From Takakia lepidozioides (Eukaryota; Plantae; Bryophyta): 64,000 bases of DNA. Shown one piece after another: positions 11,486 through 24,874 of the stretch. The stretch lies in assembly GCA_030704615.1 (NCBI GenBank), contig CM060733.1, positions 65,534,001 to 65,598,000 on the forward strand, in the 5' to 3' direction. How positions within the stretch are numbered: position 1 is the first letter of the stretch; each line of letters begins with the position of its first letter. The notes beneath the pieces are model-generated. The model did not search any database and was not told where the DNA came from. It was given only the letters and a program-made list of their open reading frames with translations. Made by a program: the position numbers and the translations under genes.

Positions 11486-14400
11486 CAACCATCAAGGATT
11501 TGGGAGTCTGTAGCCAAAGAATTGGTAGAACAACTGTTTCGGGAAGAGAAGCCACCGTACTGACTCTGTGCTAGAGAGAATCTATCAAGTAGGGGAAAGT
11601 GTAATGAAATACTATACTGACATTCGTACTGCAATATGCAAGACCGTTCCTATCGTGGCTGAAAGACCATTGGCCATTAAGCTCAGTTTTATTCGAGGGC
11701 TACCTCCTGCTGAGCAAGTATATTTGCAGAAGAACAAGTATTCTTCAGAGAAGGAGATGGTACAGTTGATAGAAGAACGATTGAGGATCAAGGCTGCAAA
11801 ACGATGTGTTCAAACCAAGGCCAAACTAGTGGTCAATTTTTGTGATGTTTTGGAAGTTCATGAAGATACAAAGGGGAGGGAACTTTGGAGTTTATGCCTG
11901 CTGTCATGAGGGATGTGTAGGAAACTGTTCGTAATAAGTTACAGGCGTTTAAGGATGAGGCACACTGGCAAAATCCACCAGCCACGAATACTTCAAACAA
12001 TGAAGACTAACACCGGGGCAAATTATCAAAGCCATGCAGCATGCTACATCTGCAAAAGTCGAGATCATGTTACAAGGTTTTGCCCATATCAGCCTGACCT
12101 GCCATGAATGCTTGCACAATTTGAACGTGACAAGAAGGGCAAAGTACCTTTAAACGAGTAAGGTCATCTGCTGCAGAAGGAACGGGTGATCAAAAGATAA
12201 GGTCTTTTAAATCCCTCACCACTTTACTTTTGTCTGACACATTTAAGATTCTGCATACAGAGGTCTTGAAGGCCAGAAATAGAGTTCGGATCACTCCATT
12301 AGTAACTCAGTGTCATGTAGGGTCTATGTCTTTTTTCCAGCATAATAGATACTGGATGCACTGTTACTGCTGTACCCTTGCATGTTGTTCAACTTTTAGG
12401 TCTTAAGATAATGATCCTTGCTAAGGACCTGGTAGTTACTATTGCAGATGGAACGACTTATGAGCCCTTAGGGCTTGTTACAATTCCTATTTGCATAGGT
12501 GGCAAGTCTGTAACAGTCACAAACATTGTCACCATGGGGAAACAATTCTTAGTAGGGTTGGATTGGATGAGAGCAGCTGAAGCAGAAATTAATCTTCAGA
12601 CTAATATTATGACAATGAAGGGTAGTGATGGTATTCGTCATCGGGTTCATCTCAATGTTGTGCCTATATTAGCGGGATGTCCTAGGCAACATCTCATGCA
12701 CATGAAGGCAATAGCCAGTGAGGTACGTCAACAGGCAGGTAATACCTACAACTAGACTTGATTTCTCAATTTTCCTAGTGAATCGGCTGTTTCCCTTTAT
12801 CAGTGGCATCTGCCTGAAGTTGGGAAGAAAACAGGTCCACCTATGCCAGTGCAGAGCAACACGGTGCTCTTGAGAGCTCCTACTGACATAGACCTACCTG
12901 CTATGTCCCAAGTAATTGTGCCCACAGGCTTGGCTTTTATATGTCCAGAGGGAAGATTCATGGAAGTTGAAGGGTGGAAGAAACTTACACTGTAGAAACA
13001 TTGTCTAATTGCTTCTGGAGTTCTTGATAGGGGATACTGAGGTGAGGTCAGGTTGTTAATTGCTAATCCCAAACGTATGCCAGTAAGGATTAAGAAAGGA
13101 CAGGTCATGGCCAGATTATCTGCTCTACCTATTGATGACATATCCAGTATAGAGGTTGCCTTACATTTTCATGACATGGCTTGGTAGACAATTCTGCAGA
13201 TCAGGTTGCTGCTTTTGCCAGTATTGCTAGCATTGCTGATGAAGTCATACTGACCAAAGAGCAAGAGGATCATTTTGCTCAGGTACTGGCTGACATCAAA
13301 ATAGGTGAGTTGAATGAAGCGCAACAAGGTAAGCTTCATGCCCTGATCAAACGAAATCTGTCTGTATTCAGCAAAGGGGCTCATGATCTTGGGCGAACTG
13401 ATGTGCTTACTCATGATATTATAACTGAAGGCCAGCCAGTAAAGCAATATGCTTATAGGGAGTCAGTGAGGGAGCGTGTTGTGGTCCTGTTGTGGTTCAA
13501 GAAGAGATAAAAAAAATGTTCAATGATGGAGTCATCAAGCCATTTGTATCTCCTTGGGCTAGTCCCATAGTGTTGGTAGGAAAGAAATATGGGTCTACAA
13601 GGTTCTACATGTTGACTTTAGGAGACTGAACTCCATGACCAAAAATGATGTCTATCCTCTCCCTCGTATTACTGAAACCCTGGATCAGCTCAATGGAACC
13701 GCAATCTTTTCCTCCTTGGACTTAGCCTCGGGTTTTTGGCAAGTTCCATTGACTGAACAATCCAAAGAGAAAACCGCTTTCACTTGCAGATATGGGATGT
13801 TTCAGTATGAAACCATGCCCTTCAGCCTATGTAATGCCACTGCTACCTTTCAAAATAGGCTGATGGATGTAGTTTTTGGGAATTTGTGTTGGGAATGTGC
13901 ATTGGTATGTGTAGATGATATTAATGTATACTCTGCAGATTTTGATGCTCACCTTGTGGATTTGCAAAGGGTGCTATGCAGACTCCAGGCTGCTGGGCTG
14001 AAAATTAAACCGAAGAAATGTGACTTCTGCATGGCTGGATTACGCTTCTTGGGCCACATCCTATGTGTGAAGGTGTCAAGCCAGACCTCACCAAAATTCA
14101 GGCGGTTTGGAACTTCCCTATACCTCGTGACAAACATTGCGTTCGTGCTTTCTTAGGGCTGGCTTCCTATTATTGTAGGTTCATTTTACACTTTACCCAA
14201 ATTGCTGGACCTTTGTTCAGATTATTGTGCAAGGATGTGAGGTTTCATTGGGGGGTACCTCGGGGGATACCTGAAATTGCTGCCTTTGAAAAACTGAAGA
14301 TAACCCTCACCAAGTTGCTCCAGTTTTAATTTTTCCTGACTTCTCAATTCCATTTCTACTCCAGACTGATGCAAGTGACCTTGCTATTTCTGCCATCCTG

Positions 14401-15520
14401 AGCCAGAAAAGAGAAAGGAAAGAGCATTTCGTGCATGCTATGGAGGTTCCTAATAGGGATTCAGTTACAGAGTTGCTTGAATTGCATCATTCCTCTGCTT
14501 TTGCTAGTTACCTGGACATCACTAAGACCTTGAAACGGCTCCAAGAGAGGTATCATTGGAAGGGGATGGTTGAGGATGTTACCAACTTTGTTTCATGTTG
14601 TGTGGAGTGTCATTCTAAGACACTGCTGCCTAGAGCCCGTCCTTCACTTGCCTTACAACCCATTCTGGTGTCTAAACCATTCGCCAGAGTGGGCTTAGAT
14701 CTTGTTGGGCCACTCTAGCCTACAATTAAGGGACATTGTTACATTGTTGTAGCAACTGATTACCTGTCTAAATGGGTGGAGGTTCCTTGGCTGCTAAGGC
14801 TGCAGACACGGTGGCACAATTCTTCTTCAATGAGGTCATCTTGCACCATGGCTGTCCCCAAGAGATCCTCACAGATCAAGGCTCTGAATTCTGTAACCAA
14901 CTTATGCAGATTGTATGCTTTAATTTGGGTGTAAAGCATCGCATGACCGCACCCTATCATCCTCAATGCAATGGCTTGACTGAAAGGTTCAATCGACATA
15001 CCCTGTGTGCCATGCTTGAGAAGATAGGGTCACTCTTGGGTGTTGGGATACTACTCTACCCACTTTGATTTTTGCTTATTGGACTTCTGTTTTCCATTTG
15101 AGTTGCTCTATGGTAGAAAGGCTCGCACTCCTCTTTACAATACTCCGTTGCTCACTCCCATAGCAGAGCCCACTGATTGGCAGCAATTTGTGGATGCTAT
15201 GCTTTCCAAATGGCTTGAATTTGCAAATAAGGCCAGGGCTAACATTGTTCGGGCGCAGGCTGTGCAGGCTCGTAACTACAACATAAAAGTTCACTACTCG
15301 GAAGAATTCTTGGTGGGCCAAACTATGTGTGTCCGTCTGCAGCTTGAGAAAATTGTTTCGAAATCTTCAAAGCGCATTGAGGGACCTTATCTCATCACTG
15401 AAAAGCTTCGTGGTAGGAAGTTCATGTTGCTTCCTCAACATCATTCCTAGATCACTCAGTACATGTGGACTCCCTAGTTCACAGCAAGTTGGTCTTCGAT
15501 CTTACATGCTTGAATGTTGA
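11486..15520 (+). mobile_element. Degenerate Ty3/gypsy LTR retrotransposon internal region (gag-PR-dUTPase-RT-partial RH-INT)
   Basis: gag LERIYQVGESVMKYY and CCHC CYICKSRDHVTRFC; protease IIDTGC (~12343); RT YPLPRITETLDQL..FSSLDLASGFWQV..CVDDIN; RH start LQTDASD; integrase HHCC, VGLDLVGPL, ILTDQGSEF, GLTERFN, EGPY. LTRs not identified. Confidence 0.92.
12843..13135 (+). pseudogene. dUTPase-like domain inside the gypsy pol, between protease and RT
   Basis: Manual translation: LRAPTDIDLPAMSQVIVPTGLAFICPEG...IASGVLDRGY*GEVRLLIAN...IKKGQVMARL. This matches trimeric dUTPase VPTGL, GxIDxDYRGE (motif 3) and I.KG.RIAQL (motif 4). Two in-frame stops. Confidence 0.75.
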
Positions 15521-15974
15521 AGGCAGGTCGATAGTCTAACCTTTATGTGTGCCTGAGTGCAAGGAATTTTGATGATCAGGTGGTTGCTGATGCTGGCTGC
15601 CTCGACATCTTCTTCTTTTCAGCAGAGTGGAGCTGCTGGTGCTTGGCTTTGATTTTTATAATTACTTCACCATAGATTTTGTGTGACACATTCGGCTTTG
15701 TAGGTATGAGGCAATCGTGGTAGCACTGCATCACATGTACCATGATTGGGGTTTTTCCTTAGGTGGGTTTTGTCCTTCACTCAATTTGCAGAGTAAGGTT
15801 TTCCCACCAAGGTTTTTTCATCCCTCTCATGCCGGATCAAGTGATACCTCTACAAGTATGTAGGCTATGAAATGACATACTAGACCTCTACTGGTATATG
15901 AAACGAGGATCTCCGATGATACCTCTACAAGAATATATGATAATTGTAACATGGTTCTACTTCAATGAGGGTCA

Positions 15975-16240
15975 GTCGATGTTTGGGGTGGGGACCAAAG
16001 GGGTGGCTTACTCAAATCAATGAAAACTCTTACAAAGGTATCATCATGAACATGAAAGTATGCTTGTTACCTCTCCAGAAGAGTGATGTTTATTGTAGCT
16101 TATTGTAGCACTTACAGTTTAACATAAGTATCATGTAGGAGTGTAGTCGGTGTTTGGGGACCAAAGGGGTAGCACGCTCAAATCAATGAATACTCTTACA
16201 AAGATATCATCAGGAACATGAAAGTATGCTTGTTACCCCT
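15975..16240. repeat. Local tandem duplication, ~170 bp period
   Basis: GTCG.TGTTTGGGG..ACCAAAGGGGT..CTCAAATCAATGAA.ACTCTTACAAAG..AACATGAAAGTATGCTTGTTACC occurs at ~15975 and ~16146. Confidence 0.7.
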
Positions 16241-16499
16241 CCTTCATACCAATGGACACTCTACAAGAGTGATGTTTACGTTCCATGCACATGCTCGGAT
16301 GCACATACATATGCATATGAATGCATGGATATATATATATGCATGTAAAACATGTAGACATGACCATATAATCAGTAGGTCTTGGACACGAATGTAGGTT
16401 GTTTGGAACAACCATGTTGTTAAGGGTGTAGCAGGGTTTGTTAGGGTCGGAGTAGGGTTTGTGGTCAAAAAATATTCCATACCAACTCAATTTATTATT

Positions 16500-18330
16500 A
16501 TTATTATTATTTAATGAAGATCTCTTGTTCATTAAATCGTGGATAGATCTCCATGGCATGAACAGAATACAAATAGCGCGAGCGTACGTTGCCGCATCAT
16601 TTTTTTTCGAAGGTATTTTGTAGTCTTGTATTATCGACACTTTAATTACCTGAGATTCGTATACACTGTGGGTGTTGCTTTGCGGATGTTCAAGCATGAA
16701 TTTGTAGTAGTACGGACTTTTCACCTTGCATGATTTGCTGCAGAATTCATAAGGTGACATTTTCTCGAACTTGTGTGGCCTGCTTTGGTAGTCGATGCAG
16801 AAATTATACATAATCAATTTGTCATTCTGTTCGGATCTTTCGACTTTGAACGTTTCAAAGATGTTTTCGGGGTCCTTATCGTCAGGTGTGTTGTTCAGAT
16901 CGTTGTTTCCATCTTTGTTCGATTGAAATTGTTCTTGTTTACGGATCCATGCCGATAAACTATACCACGACAGATATGCAAACTGGTGGTCTGTCAAATG
17001 GTCTGGATATTTCATTAGGTAACTGACTACCCTTGTTGCTGATATCTCTTGTTGGGATCTACATCGAATCAATAATTTCTGGCTTTTGTCGACTGAATGT
17101 TCGGAATATAGATCATCATAAGTCGTTTGGATTTTTTTTACGGCTATTTGCAAGAGCGAATACATGTGTGATGTGTAGACGGAAGATTTTGTGATGTAAT
17201 CCGTGATGTAGTATATCAGTGCATTTGCGTCTTTCCCTGAAGCACCGATGAACTTCAAATCGTGGTTGCATCTTTCTGATACTAACATCCATGGATTTGC
17301 GTTGTTCAACCATATGTCAGTTCGTTTTATGTGCAACAGTCCGGTTTCATCGTCGAAATGCGTTTCTTCAACTAAGACAACGGGAAATCCGTATCTACAA
17401 TTCTTTTTTAAAACGTCTTCGTTGGTTTTGTAGCACGCAGGATTGCACACGTGGCGATTCCATACATTCAGCAGTTTTGAAACGTCGCGCGCAAAGTTAG
17501 CATAGTATTTGATATTCCTCGTTTGTCCAATAACAACCCATTCAATTCGTCCAACTGATGTTTTGTGTCATTGATCAATTCTTGGGGAACCTCTTCCAAG
17601 AGAACATGTTCTTCGAAGTGATTTTCTATTTGGCTTAGCCATTTTTTCATGTGTTTCAAGATGTCGCTTTGTAATTCATCGATTCTCCATTTCAACATGT
17701 TAGATGTTGCTATGATTCTGCTGCAAACGCAACAATACTGATTAGTGAATGTCGCATTGCTGATGTGTTTGTTGAAGTTGGATAAACAAAACAAGTTGTT
17801 CTCCAAACATATTTTTGGTGGGAAAAGATTATTCTTTGGTTTTTTTGCAAGAGCGCTATACAATTGCTCTCGTTTTCTTTTGAGCTTTTCTTTCTCGTCA
17901 TTTTCGTTTGCGATATATTTTCAAATTTGTGTAGCACATGTTTGATCTTTGCTGAGTGGATATTGGTTTTGTTGGAATGCGTATTTTGCCCTTCGTTTGG
18001 CATTTGTCCCTTCTAGATCGGCAGTCGGTTGAGATTCAATTTTCATGGTTTGTTGCGGTTTTTCAAATCTGTATTTTTCCCTCCGTTTAGCATTTGTTTC
18101 ATCTGGATCTATTTCCATGGTTTGTGGTGGATTTTCAAATTTGTATTTTTCCCTTCGTTAACATTTGTTTCCTCTAGATTGGGAGTCGGTTGTTTATATC
18201 TTTTCCGTCGTTCATCATTTAGTTTCTCTTTATTTAAAGCATACTTTCTCCGTCTCTTAGCATTAGCAATTTCCTTTTCCATGTTAAGTTGGTGTTGTAG
18301 ACATCTGGAGATATGTTTTACAAATAAATA
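16500..18330 (-). mobile_element. Helitron/Helentron Rep-domain relic (internally deleted, helicase absent)
   Basis: HxCNPACYK...CRYGFP...WLNNANPWML..RCNHDLKFI..G.DANALIYYITDYITKS (Rep Y2 motif), and YARAICILFMPWR. Upstream CCVCS and repeated NAKRREKYxFE units. No HUH motif or Pif1 helicase seen. Confidence 0.8.
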
Positions 18331-18439
18331 ATCGTATTCGCATATGACATTGGCCTTTTGATAAAATAGATAATGGTTGTATAGGTCTAGATGAATTTAT
18401 CATAACAACAATTGTCTTTGATAGAAATCATTTGTCTTT

Positions 18440-18982
18440 GATAAGAATCATTTGTCTGCAAAGAGGAATAATAACAATAATAATAATAAAGGTTTCAAAC
18501 CCGCCCTACTCTCCCTCTTCGGAGAGAGTTCAAGTGCCCAGATAAAAATTATTTCAAAACTACCATTCTCCCCCACCGGACTGGGTTCGAATCCCCTAAT
18601 GATGCTCGAAGATATGGCTGGTGCAAAATTGATTGTTCTACTCTAACAAGGCTTGGAAGGACTTTGAGCCTGAGGGGATAAAAATTCAGGGGGAGTTTGA
18701 GTCTCTGGGAAAAAAGAGGAAAAATAAAAAGATAAAGATAATAAAGGTTTCAAACCCGCCCTACTCTCACTCTTCGGGGAGAGTTCGAGTGCCCAAATAG
18801 AAATTGTTTCAAAACCGCCATTCTCCCCCACCGGACTGGGTTCGAATCCCCTAGTGATGCTGGAAGGTTTGGCCGGTGCAAAGTTGATTGTTCTAATTTA
18901 ACAAGGCTTGGAAGGACTTTGAGCCTGAGGGGATAAAAATTCAGGCGGAGAAGAGAGTTTGAGTCTCTGAGAGGAAAGAGGG

Positions 18983-19013
<31 letters not shown>

Positions 19014-20850
19014 ATAAAGGTTTCAAACCCGACCTACTCTCCCTCTTCAGAGAGAGTTCGAGTGGCCAGATAAAAATTGTTTCAAAACCGCCATTCTCCC
19101 CCACCGGATTGGTTTCGAATCCCCTAGTGATGCTGGAAGATATGGCCGGTGCAAAGTTGATTGTTCTATTTTAACAAGGCTTGGAAGGACTTTGAGCCCA
19201 AGGGGATAAAAATTCAGGGGGAGAAGAGAGTTTGAGTCTCTGAGAGGAAAGAGGAAAAATAAAAAGATAAAGATAATAAAGGTTTCAAACCCGACCTACT
19301 CTCCCTCTTCGGAGAGAGTTCGAGTGCCCAGATAAAAATTGTTTCAAAACCGCCATTCTCCCCCACCGGACTGGGTTCGAATCCCCTAGTGATGCTGGAA
19401 GGTTTGGCCGGTGCAAAGTTGATTGTTCTATTTTAACAAGGCTTGGAAGGACTTTGAGCCGGAGGGGATAAAAATTCAGGGGGAGAAGAGAGTTTGAGTC
19501 TCTGAGAGGAAAGTGGAAAAATACAAAAGAAACAGATAATAAAGGTTTCAAACACGACCTACTCTCCCTCTTCGGAGAGAGTTCGAGTGCCCAGATAAAA
19601 ATTGTTTCAAAACCGCCATTCCCCCCCACCGGACTGGGTTCGAATCCCTAGTGATGCTGGAAGATATGGCCGGTGCAAAGTTGATTGTTCTATTTTAACA
19701 AGGCTTGGAAGGACTTTGAGCCGGAGGGGATAAAAATTCAGGGGAAGAAGAGAGTTTGAGTCTCTGGGAGGAAAGAGGAAAAATAAAAAGATAAAGATAA
19801 TAAAGGTTTCAAACCCGACCTACTCTCCCTCTTCGGAGAGAGTTCGAGCGCCTAGATAAAAATTGTTTCAAAACCGCCATTCTCCCCCACCGGACTGGGC
19901 TTGAATCCCCTAGTGATACTGCAAGATATGGTCGTTGCAAGGTGGATTGTTCTATTAATCTAACAAGCCTTGGAAGGACTTTGAGCCTACACTCGTATAT
20001 CGGCGGGCAAAGATTGGATACTTTCTGCACCTTGGAGGACCGAACTTTGGCTTCTTCTAAAGAGAACTTCGGATCGGACCCGGCCAAGCGAACACTAATT
20101 CTACTTATAGAAAGGAGTTTGGGTCTCCGAAAAAAAATAAAATGGAAAAGATAATAAATGTTTCAAATCCGCCCTGCTCTCCCTCTTCGGAGAGAGTTCG
20201 AGTCCCCACATAAAAATTATTTCAAAACCGCCATTCTTTCCCACCGGACTAGGTTCGAATCCCCTAGTAATGCTGCAAGATATGATCGGTACAAGGTGGA
20301 TTGTTCTATTAATCTAACAAGCTTTGGAAGGACTTTGAGCCTGCGCTCATATATCGGCGGGTAAAGATTGGATACTTTCTGCACCTCAGAGGATCGCACT
20401 TTGGCTTCTTTGAAAGAGGATTTCGGATCGGACCCGGCTAGACAAACACTAATTCTACTTATTAAAGGGGGTTTGAGTCTCAGGGAGGAAATGAAAAAAA
20501 TAAAAATAAAAAGATAATAAAGGTTTCAAACCGGCCCTGCTCTCCCTCTTCGGAAAGAGTTCAAGTCCCCAGATAAAAATTGTTTCAAAACCGCCATTCT
20601 CCCCCACCGGACTGGGCTTGAATCCCCTAGTGATGCTGCAAGATATGGTCGGTGGAAGGTGGATTGTTCTATTAATCTAACAAGCATTGGAAAAACTTTG
20701 AGCCTGCGCTCATATATCGGCGGGCAAAGATTGGATATTATCGAATCCCTTAGTGATGCTGCAAGATATGGTCGGTGCAAGATTTTGTACGTGAGAGGAC
20801 CACACTTTGATTATTTTTTAAAAAGACTTCAGCTCGAACCCGGCCAGTCA
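18440..20850. repeat. Tandem satellite: five ~260-bp units, two ~360-bp units and a final partial unit
   Basis: Unit anchor GGTTTCAAA at ~18491, 18746, 19019, 19281, 19544, 19805, 20160 and 20522. Units contain CTCTCCCTCTTCGGAGAGAG and GGGTTCGAATCCCCTAGT or close variants. Confidence 0.95.
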
Positions 20851-23342
20851 AATGGTAATTCTAGTTGTCTCACAATCTCCCTATTGTCCCAATCACTTCC
20901 CCATTTTTTGTCAAGGTTCAACATGCCGCGTATTGTTCCCCCATTCCACCAATGAGTGAACCCTCTAGCTCACGTGCATTCACAACAAAGTATGTAATGA
21001 CTCCCGCATGTTGGAATTTCACAGCCAAAGCTGACTCGTCGTTATGTTGCCCACCGTAACTTCTGGGTTTTTGGCCTTGGGTGTTTTCCTTGCTAGCTCC
21101 CAACTATACGGTATTCGTGAATCGCTAACAATCGTACACTTACGAACCTTGGCATACCCTTGTTCTTTGTAGGGGCCAAGCTATTGGACCCGAGTACTTG
21201 TGTTGACGTAAATAAGACTTTTTGTGCCTCCCCCGCTCGATCCTTCATGAAAGTATCAAACACAGTGAAAGCTGTTCTTCTTGATCACTCCATGGATTGG
21301 GAGACAACTCTAAGAGTTGTGGTCCATGTTCAAGTAGAAAATCTTATGGTGACAATTGTAGGTCCATTTCTGCTCTCCTACCCTCCCCCTCTCCTCTTCT
21401 CTCCTGCTCTGCTCCAACTAGAAAGGAGCAGGGGTCTATGGCCATAAGATGCAGGAGGCAACTGCACACATTCTCTCTTCGTCTGTCATGAATAGTGATG
21501 GGTCGTAACAGAACATCTCCATGGTGTAGGGGAAGGGCCTGCCGCCAGGAATGAAGGCTTGCACAATCACTGGGACAAGGGTGACATCAGAGAGGGTGTG
21601 TAGATAGGACTCCGCCTTCCAAAGGACTAACCTAGTTAGGTGATGTGCATTGGCGCTTGCCGAGTGTGTCCACCACTCGACAAGTTGGAATAACTCGGTT
21701 TCCCAAGTAGGCACCCGACCTTCGGTTGTTCTATCCTTCCATGTCTTCATTATGAAGATGTTGGTTTTATTTGTTTGGTTCTACAGCTTTCGTCTTTTCG
21801 CTTAGCCCTAAGCATTCAACCTAGGCTCCTATAGAGGGCGAATATCAGACCGTGGAAATGGTTATATCTCTGATTTTGATATCACCATGGGGGAAGCTTT
21901 TGATTTCCGCTCTTATTTCCTCAGCCTCATTTTCGACACCGAGTATCATTTACGGATTTCGGTGTCATATTTCATGGGTTTCCCCGAATAACCTATTAGT
22001 ACATAAATTTACGTGCAATAATCCCGGGGTCTTTAACATCTACATGTCTCCCTCCCCAAACAAACACCTTTGCACACGTTGGCAGTGTCACGCAACGAAG
22101 TCCGAAGACTACAGGAAGCCAATGAACCGCACTCACGGAGGAGCAAAAGTGATCATAAAGGGGAGGAGATGTTTGTCCATGTTTGTGGATGTGATCTCTT
22201 AACTCTACTGGGACACATGGGACCCTCGAGCCTCTTCTGCATGCGTGGTCCCAGGCGATGAATGCGATGCATCCCACGTCCTAGAACCACACTCATAGGA
22301 ATGAGGTCAAGTGACGACTGAGGGGCTGGGGCCCTTTTACCTTTACCTATCATTCACTTACGTCCCTTCCCACCCTGTCATGTTTCGAAATAATATTCTG
22401 GGCGAAAGCAAGAACTAGAAGCGGATTATTTCCTTTGTTCCTCGTTGAAGAAAGAACACTTCGTTACCATACATGGTTACCTGCTTGGAGGTTTACAAGG
22501 TGCAACGACCTTGTGATTGCATTGCCTCAATTATTGAGTCATCTGAGAGGCAGTAAAAAATATATCTAAATATTTTCATGTCCTTTATAAGATCTTATAA
22601 TGATGCAATAATTTTGTTTCATGATTGTTATAAGCAAAAAAACCATCTGAATTTTTATTTCCTTTTTCTAAATCCTACTTATTCTTATTCTTGTTATTCC
22701 AATGTATTTTTCCATATGCTAAACCTAAAGCTTTGGATTTATGTTACGGGAAGTTACCACAACTAAGATACAAAAGAATTAGATTCTAATTTGGATTAAT
22801 GCTTCACATGCAGTTAAATCAGAATTATTGAACAATTATAATCATATTCAATCATCATTTCGACCTACTGGCACCCACTACCATTTCCTTTCGAGGAATG
22901 AAATAAGTGATTTGTAATCTCCCAGGTGTTTCCCTTAATCAAACAAGTTTTAAAAATAGAAAATAGAGGTCACTGCAGAGGGTGGGGATGAGGCACCCAC
23001 TACCATTTCAACCAGTTAACATCCTGCCGGAGACAAAATGGCTTCTACAGTTTGGAGAAAATGTACCAATTTGGGGGACCATAAATAGGAAGGAGATATT
23101 AGGACTCTGTATGCTGCAGTGGATTCTATGATGTGATTATGCTAACCTTTCCTCCAATTCATTGAAGAAGTGTTGGATCTGCATGAGGGCCTGTCAGGAA
23201 TTTGGGGTTCTATTATGAAGTGTATTTCTCTAGCAGTTTTGATATCGAACAGATAAGATCCTTTTCCGGAATGAAAGGAAAGATCTCAATAGCAGAAATT
23301 CAAAATGTCTATATCACTGAGGCCATAAGATGGGTGTTGTAG

Positions 23343-24187
23343 TTCTTGCGAAGAAGGCGGCCAATTGTGGCATCTGTGTTGGATGCTAATGGCAATGAAG
23401 TGTGTCGGGTACTTATTACTTTTCTCCCTTCATTATCTCTTCAACTAAATACAAGTTGTCTTGGAATATGGGAGGGTTCAGCAGTGAGCGTACTCTGCAG
23501 CGAGCTACCCTCCCAAGTGTAAAGTCAACATGACAGCCATCCCTGCGATCTATGTCAAAATTGATGGCAAAGTAAGGGCTCAAATTTATCCTACTCCTGT
23601 ACGCTTTAAAGTTGAAGGTGCTGTTTCAATGTCAATGGTGGATGATTTGTACTCACTTGTTCACTTTCTAAACAACAAATGTGACAGATTTGGAAGGGGC
23701 TCAAGTTTGGGTGACCTGGTCTGTCTATAGGTGGTAGATGAATGCCACAGGAGATGGCATCTCTGGCGACGCCTGTATGACATTTACTTGGGGTATCATC
23801 CTCATTCTTTTTCCAAATGTGCTGCCTCTTTATGTCTTAGCTGGAGGGCCAAAGGGTTTGGCAGCAGTGCTTTTTTGCCGATCAAAGCGTTACACACCTA
23901 GACCCCTCTATAAAAGATGCTTTATAGCTGAAATATGTTCTGCTCTCGTAGTAGTTTTTGACAATGAAGCAAGCATACTCATGCCTAGTTAAATTAGCTT
24001 GAAACTTGAATAGTTGGGTTGAAGATCCATTGTAATTTGCACTACTGTTATGATGCTGGTTGACAGCAATAAGCAGTTTGCAGCAGTTGAAAATCCAGGG
24101 CTCTGGCACTGGACTTTTACCCTCAAGGATCATGACCAAGGAACGCTGGCAGAAATTGACCGTAATTGGTGAGGTTTTGGCTATGAG
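23343..24187 (+). pseudogene. Phospholipid scramblase family (plant AIM25-like) gene fragment
   Basis: GT-AG bounded exons: 23343-23408 FLRRRRPIVASVLDANGNEVCR; ~23548-23571 IYVKIDGK; 23731-23792 VVDECHRRWHLWRRLYDIYLG; 24067-24187 NKQFAAVENPGLWHWTFTLKDHDQGTLAEIDRNW*GFGYE with TGA at 24170. Confidence 0.85.
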
Positions 24188-24479
24188 GTAACTTCGGCAG
24201 AAATTCCTCTCTGTGTTTTCACGTCACTCTGAGTTTACACTTTGCAGTCTGTTACAATACATGTATTGCAGGATTCTCAGCAATTGTGTAAGGAAAGTCA
24301 AGCATTGTGGAACTAGCACGCTTCTCTCCTGTTCAGTGAGAGATTGAAATCCACGGAATGAACAATGGAATCTCCCACAGATCTCATAAGAGGGCACTAA
24401 AAGAAGTGTTCTTCAGTTTCAATTTCCTGGTTACGTCTGGTGCAAGCTGGGCATAGGCAGTCGTCCCGATGCAGGAAAA

Positions 24480-24870
24480 GAAAGAGAATGAAATGAAATG
24501 GCACAGAAAATGGATATTATCTTCAAGCCGTCTGCACACTAGGCATTGACAATCTCCCTTTCCTCTCTGCATCCGCTTATTGTTCAAAAGTAGACTCCCC
24601 ACCCTGAGTTAAAATTACAGTTGTGTCAAGGCTGCCCTTCACTAATCCATGTCACAAACCGGAAATGAATTCAGGGTTTTATGCCTAACTGTTGTTCGGA
24701 CATTCTGCACTCTTCCAACATGGCCTTGGACACGTCAGCTTTCCAAGTCAACTTCATCTTAGCAGGGTCAATTCCTCTTGCCTAATATTCAGGTACTTGA
24801 AATCTCCTCTTCCCGTTCTGCCAGGACTTCACCTGTTGGACTGGATTATGGCAGATCCACTACCTTCGTC
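24480..24870 (-). mobile_element. Degenerate 3' fragment of the LINE family at 28413-33288, inverted
   Basis: GSLLLNNKRMQRGKGDCQCLVCRRLEDNIHFL matches GSLPLNSKQKQRGKGECNCPLCGQSEDSIHFL of the full element. Nucleotide similarity to ~32570-32940. Confidence 0.8.
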
Positions 24871-24874
24871 TCCA

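Noticed and set aside
18570-20270. tRNA genes suggested by GGTTCGAATCCC
   Set aside because: No cloverleaf, D-arm/A-box or acceptor stem could be built around the motif.
20850-22500. Possible degenerate minus-strand gene (ORFs 21436-21750 and 21996-22277)
   Set aside because: No recognisable motif and the frames are broken, so a call needs a database search.
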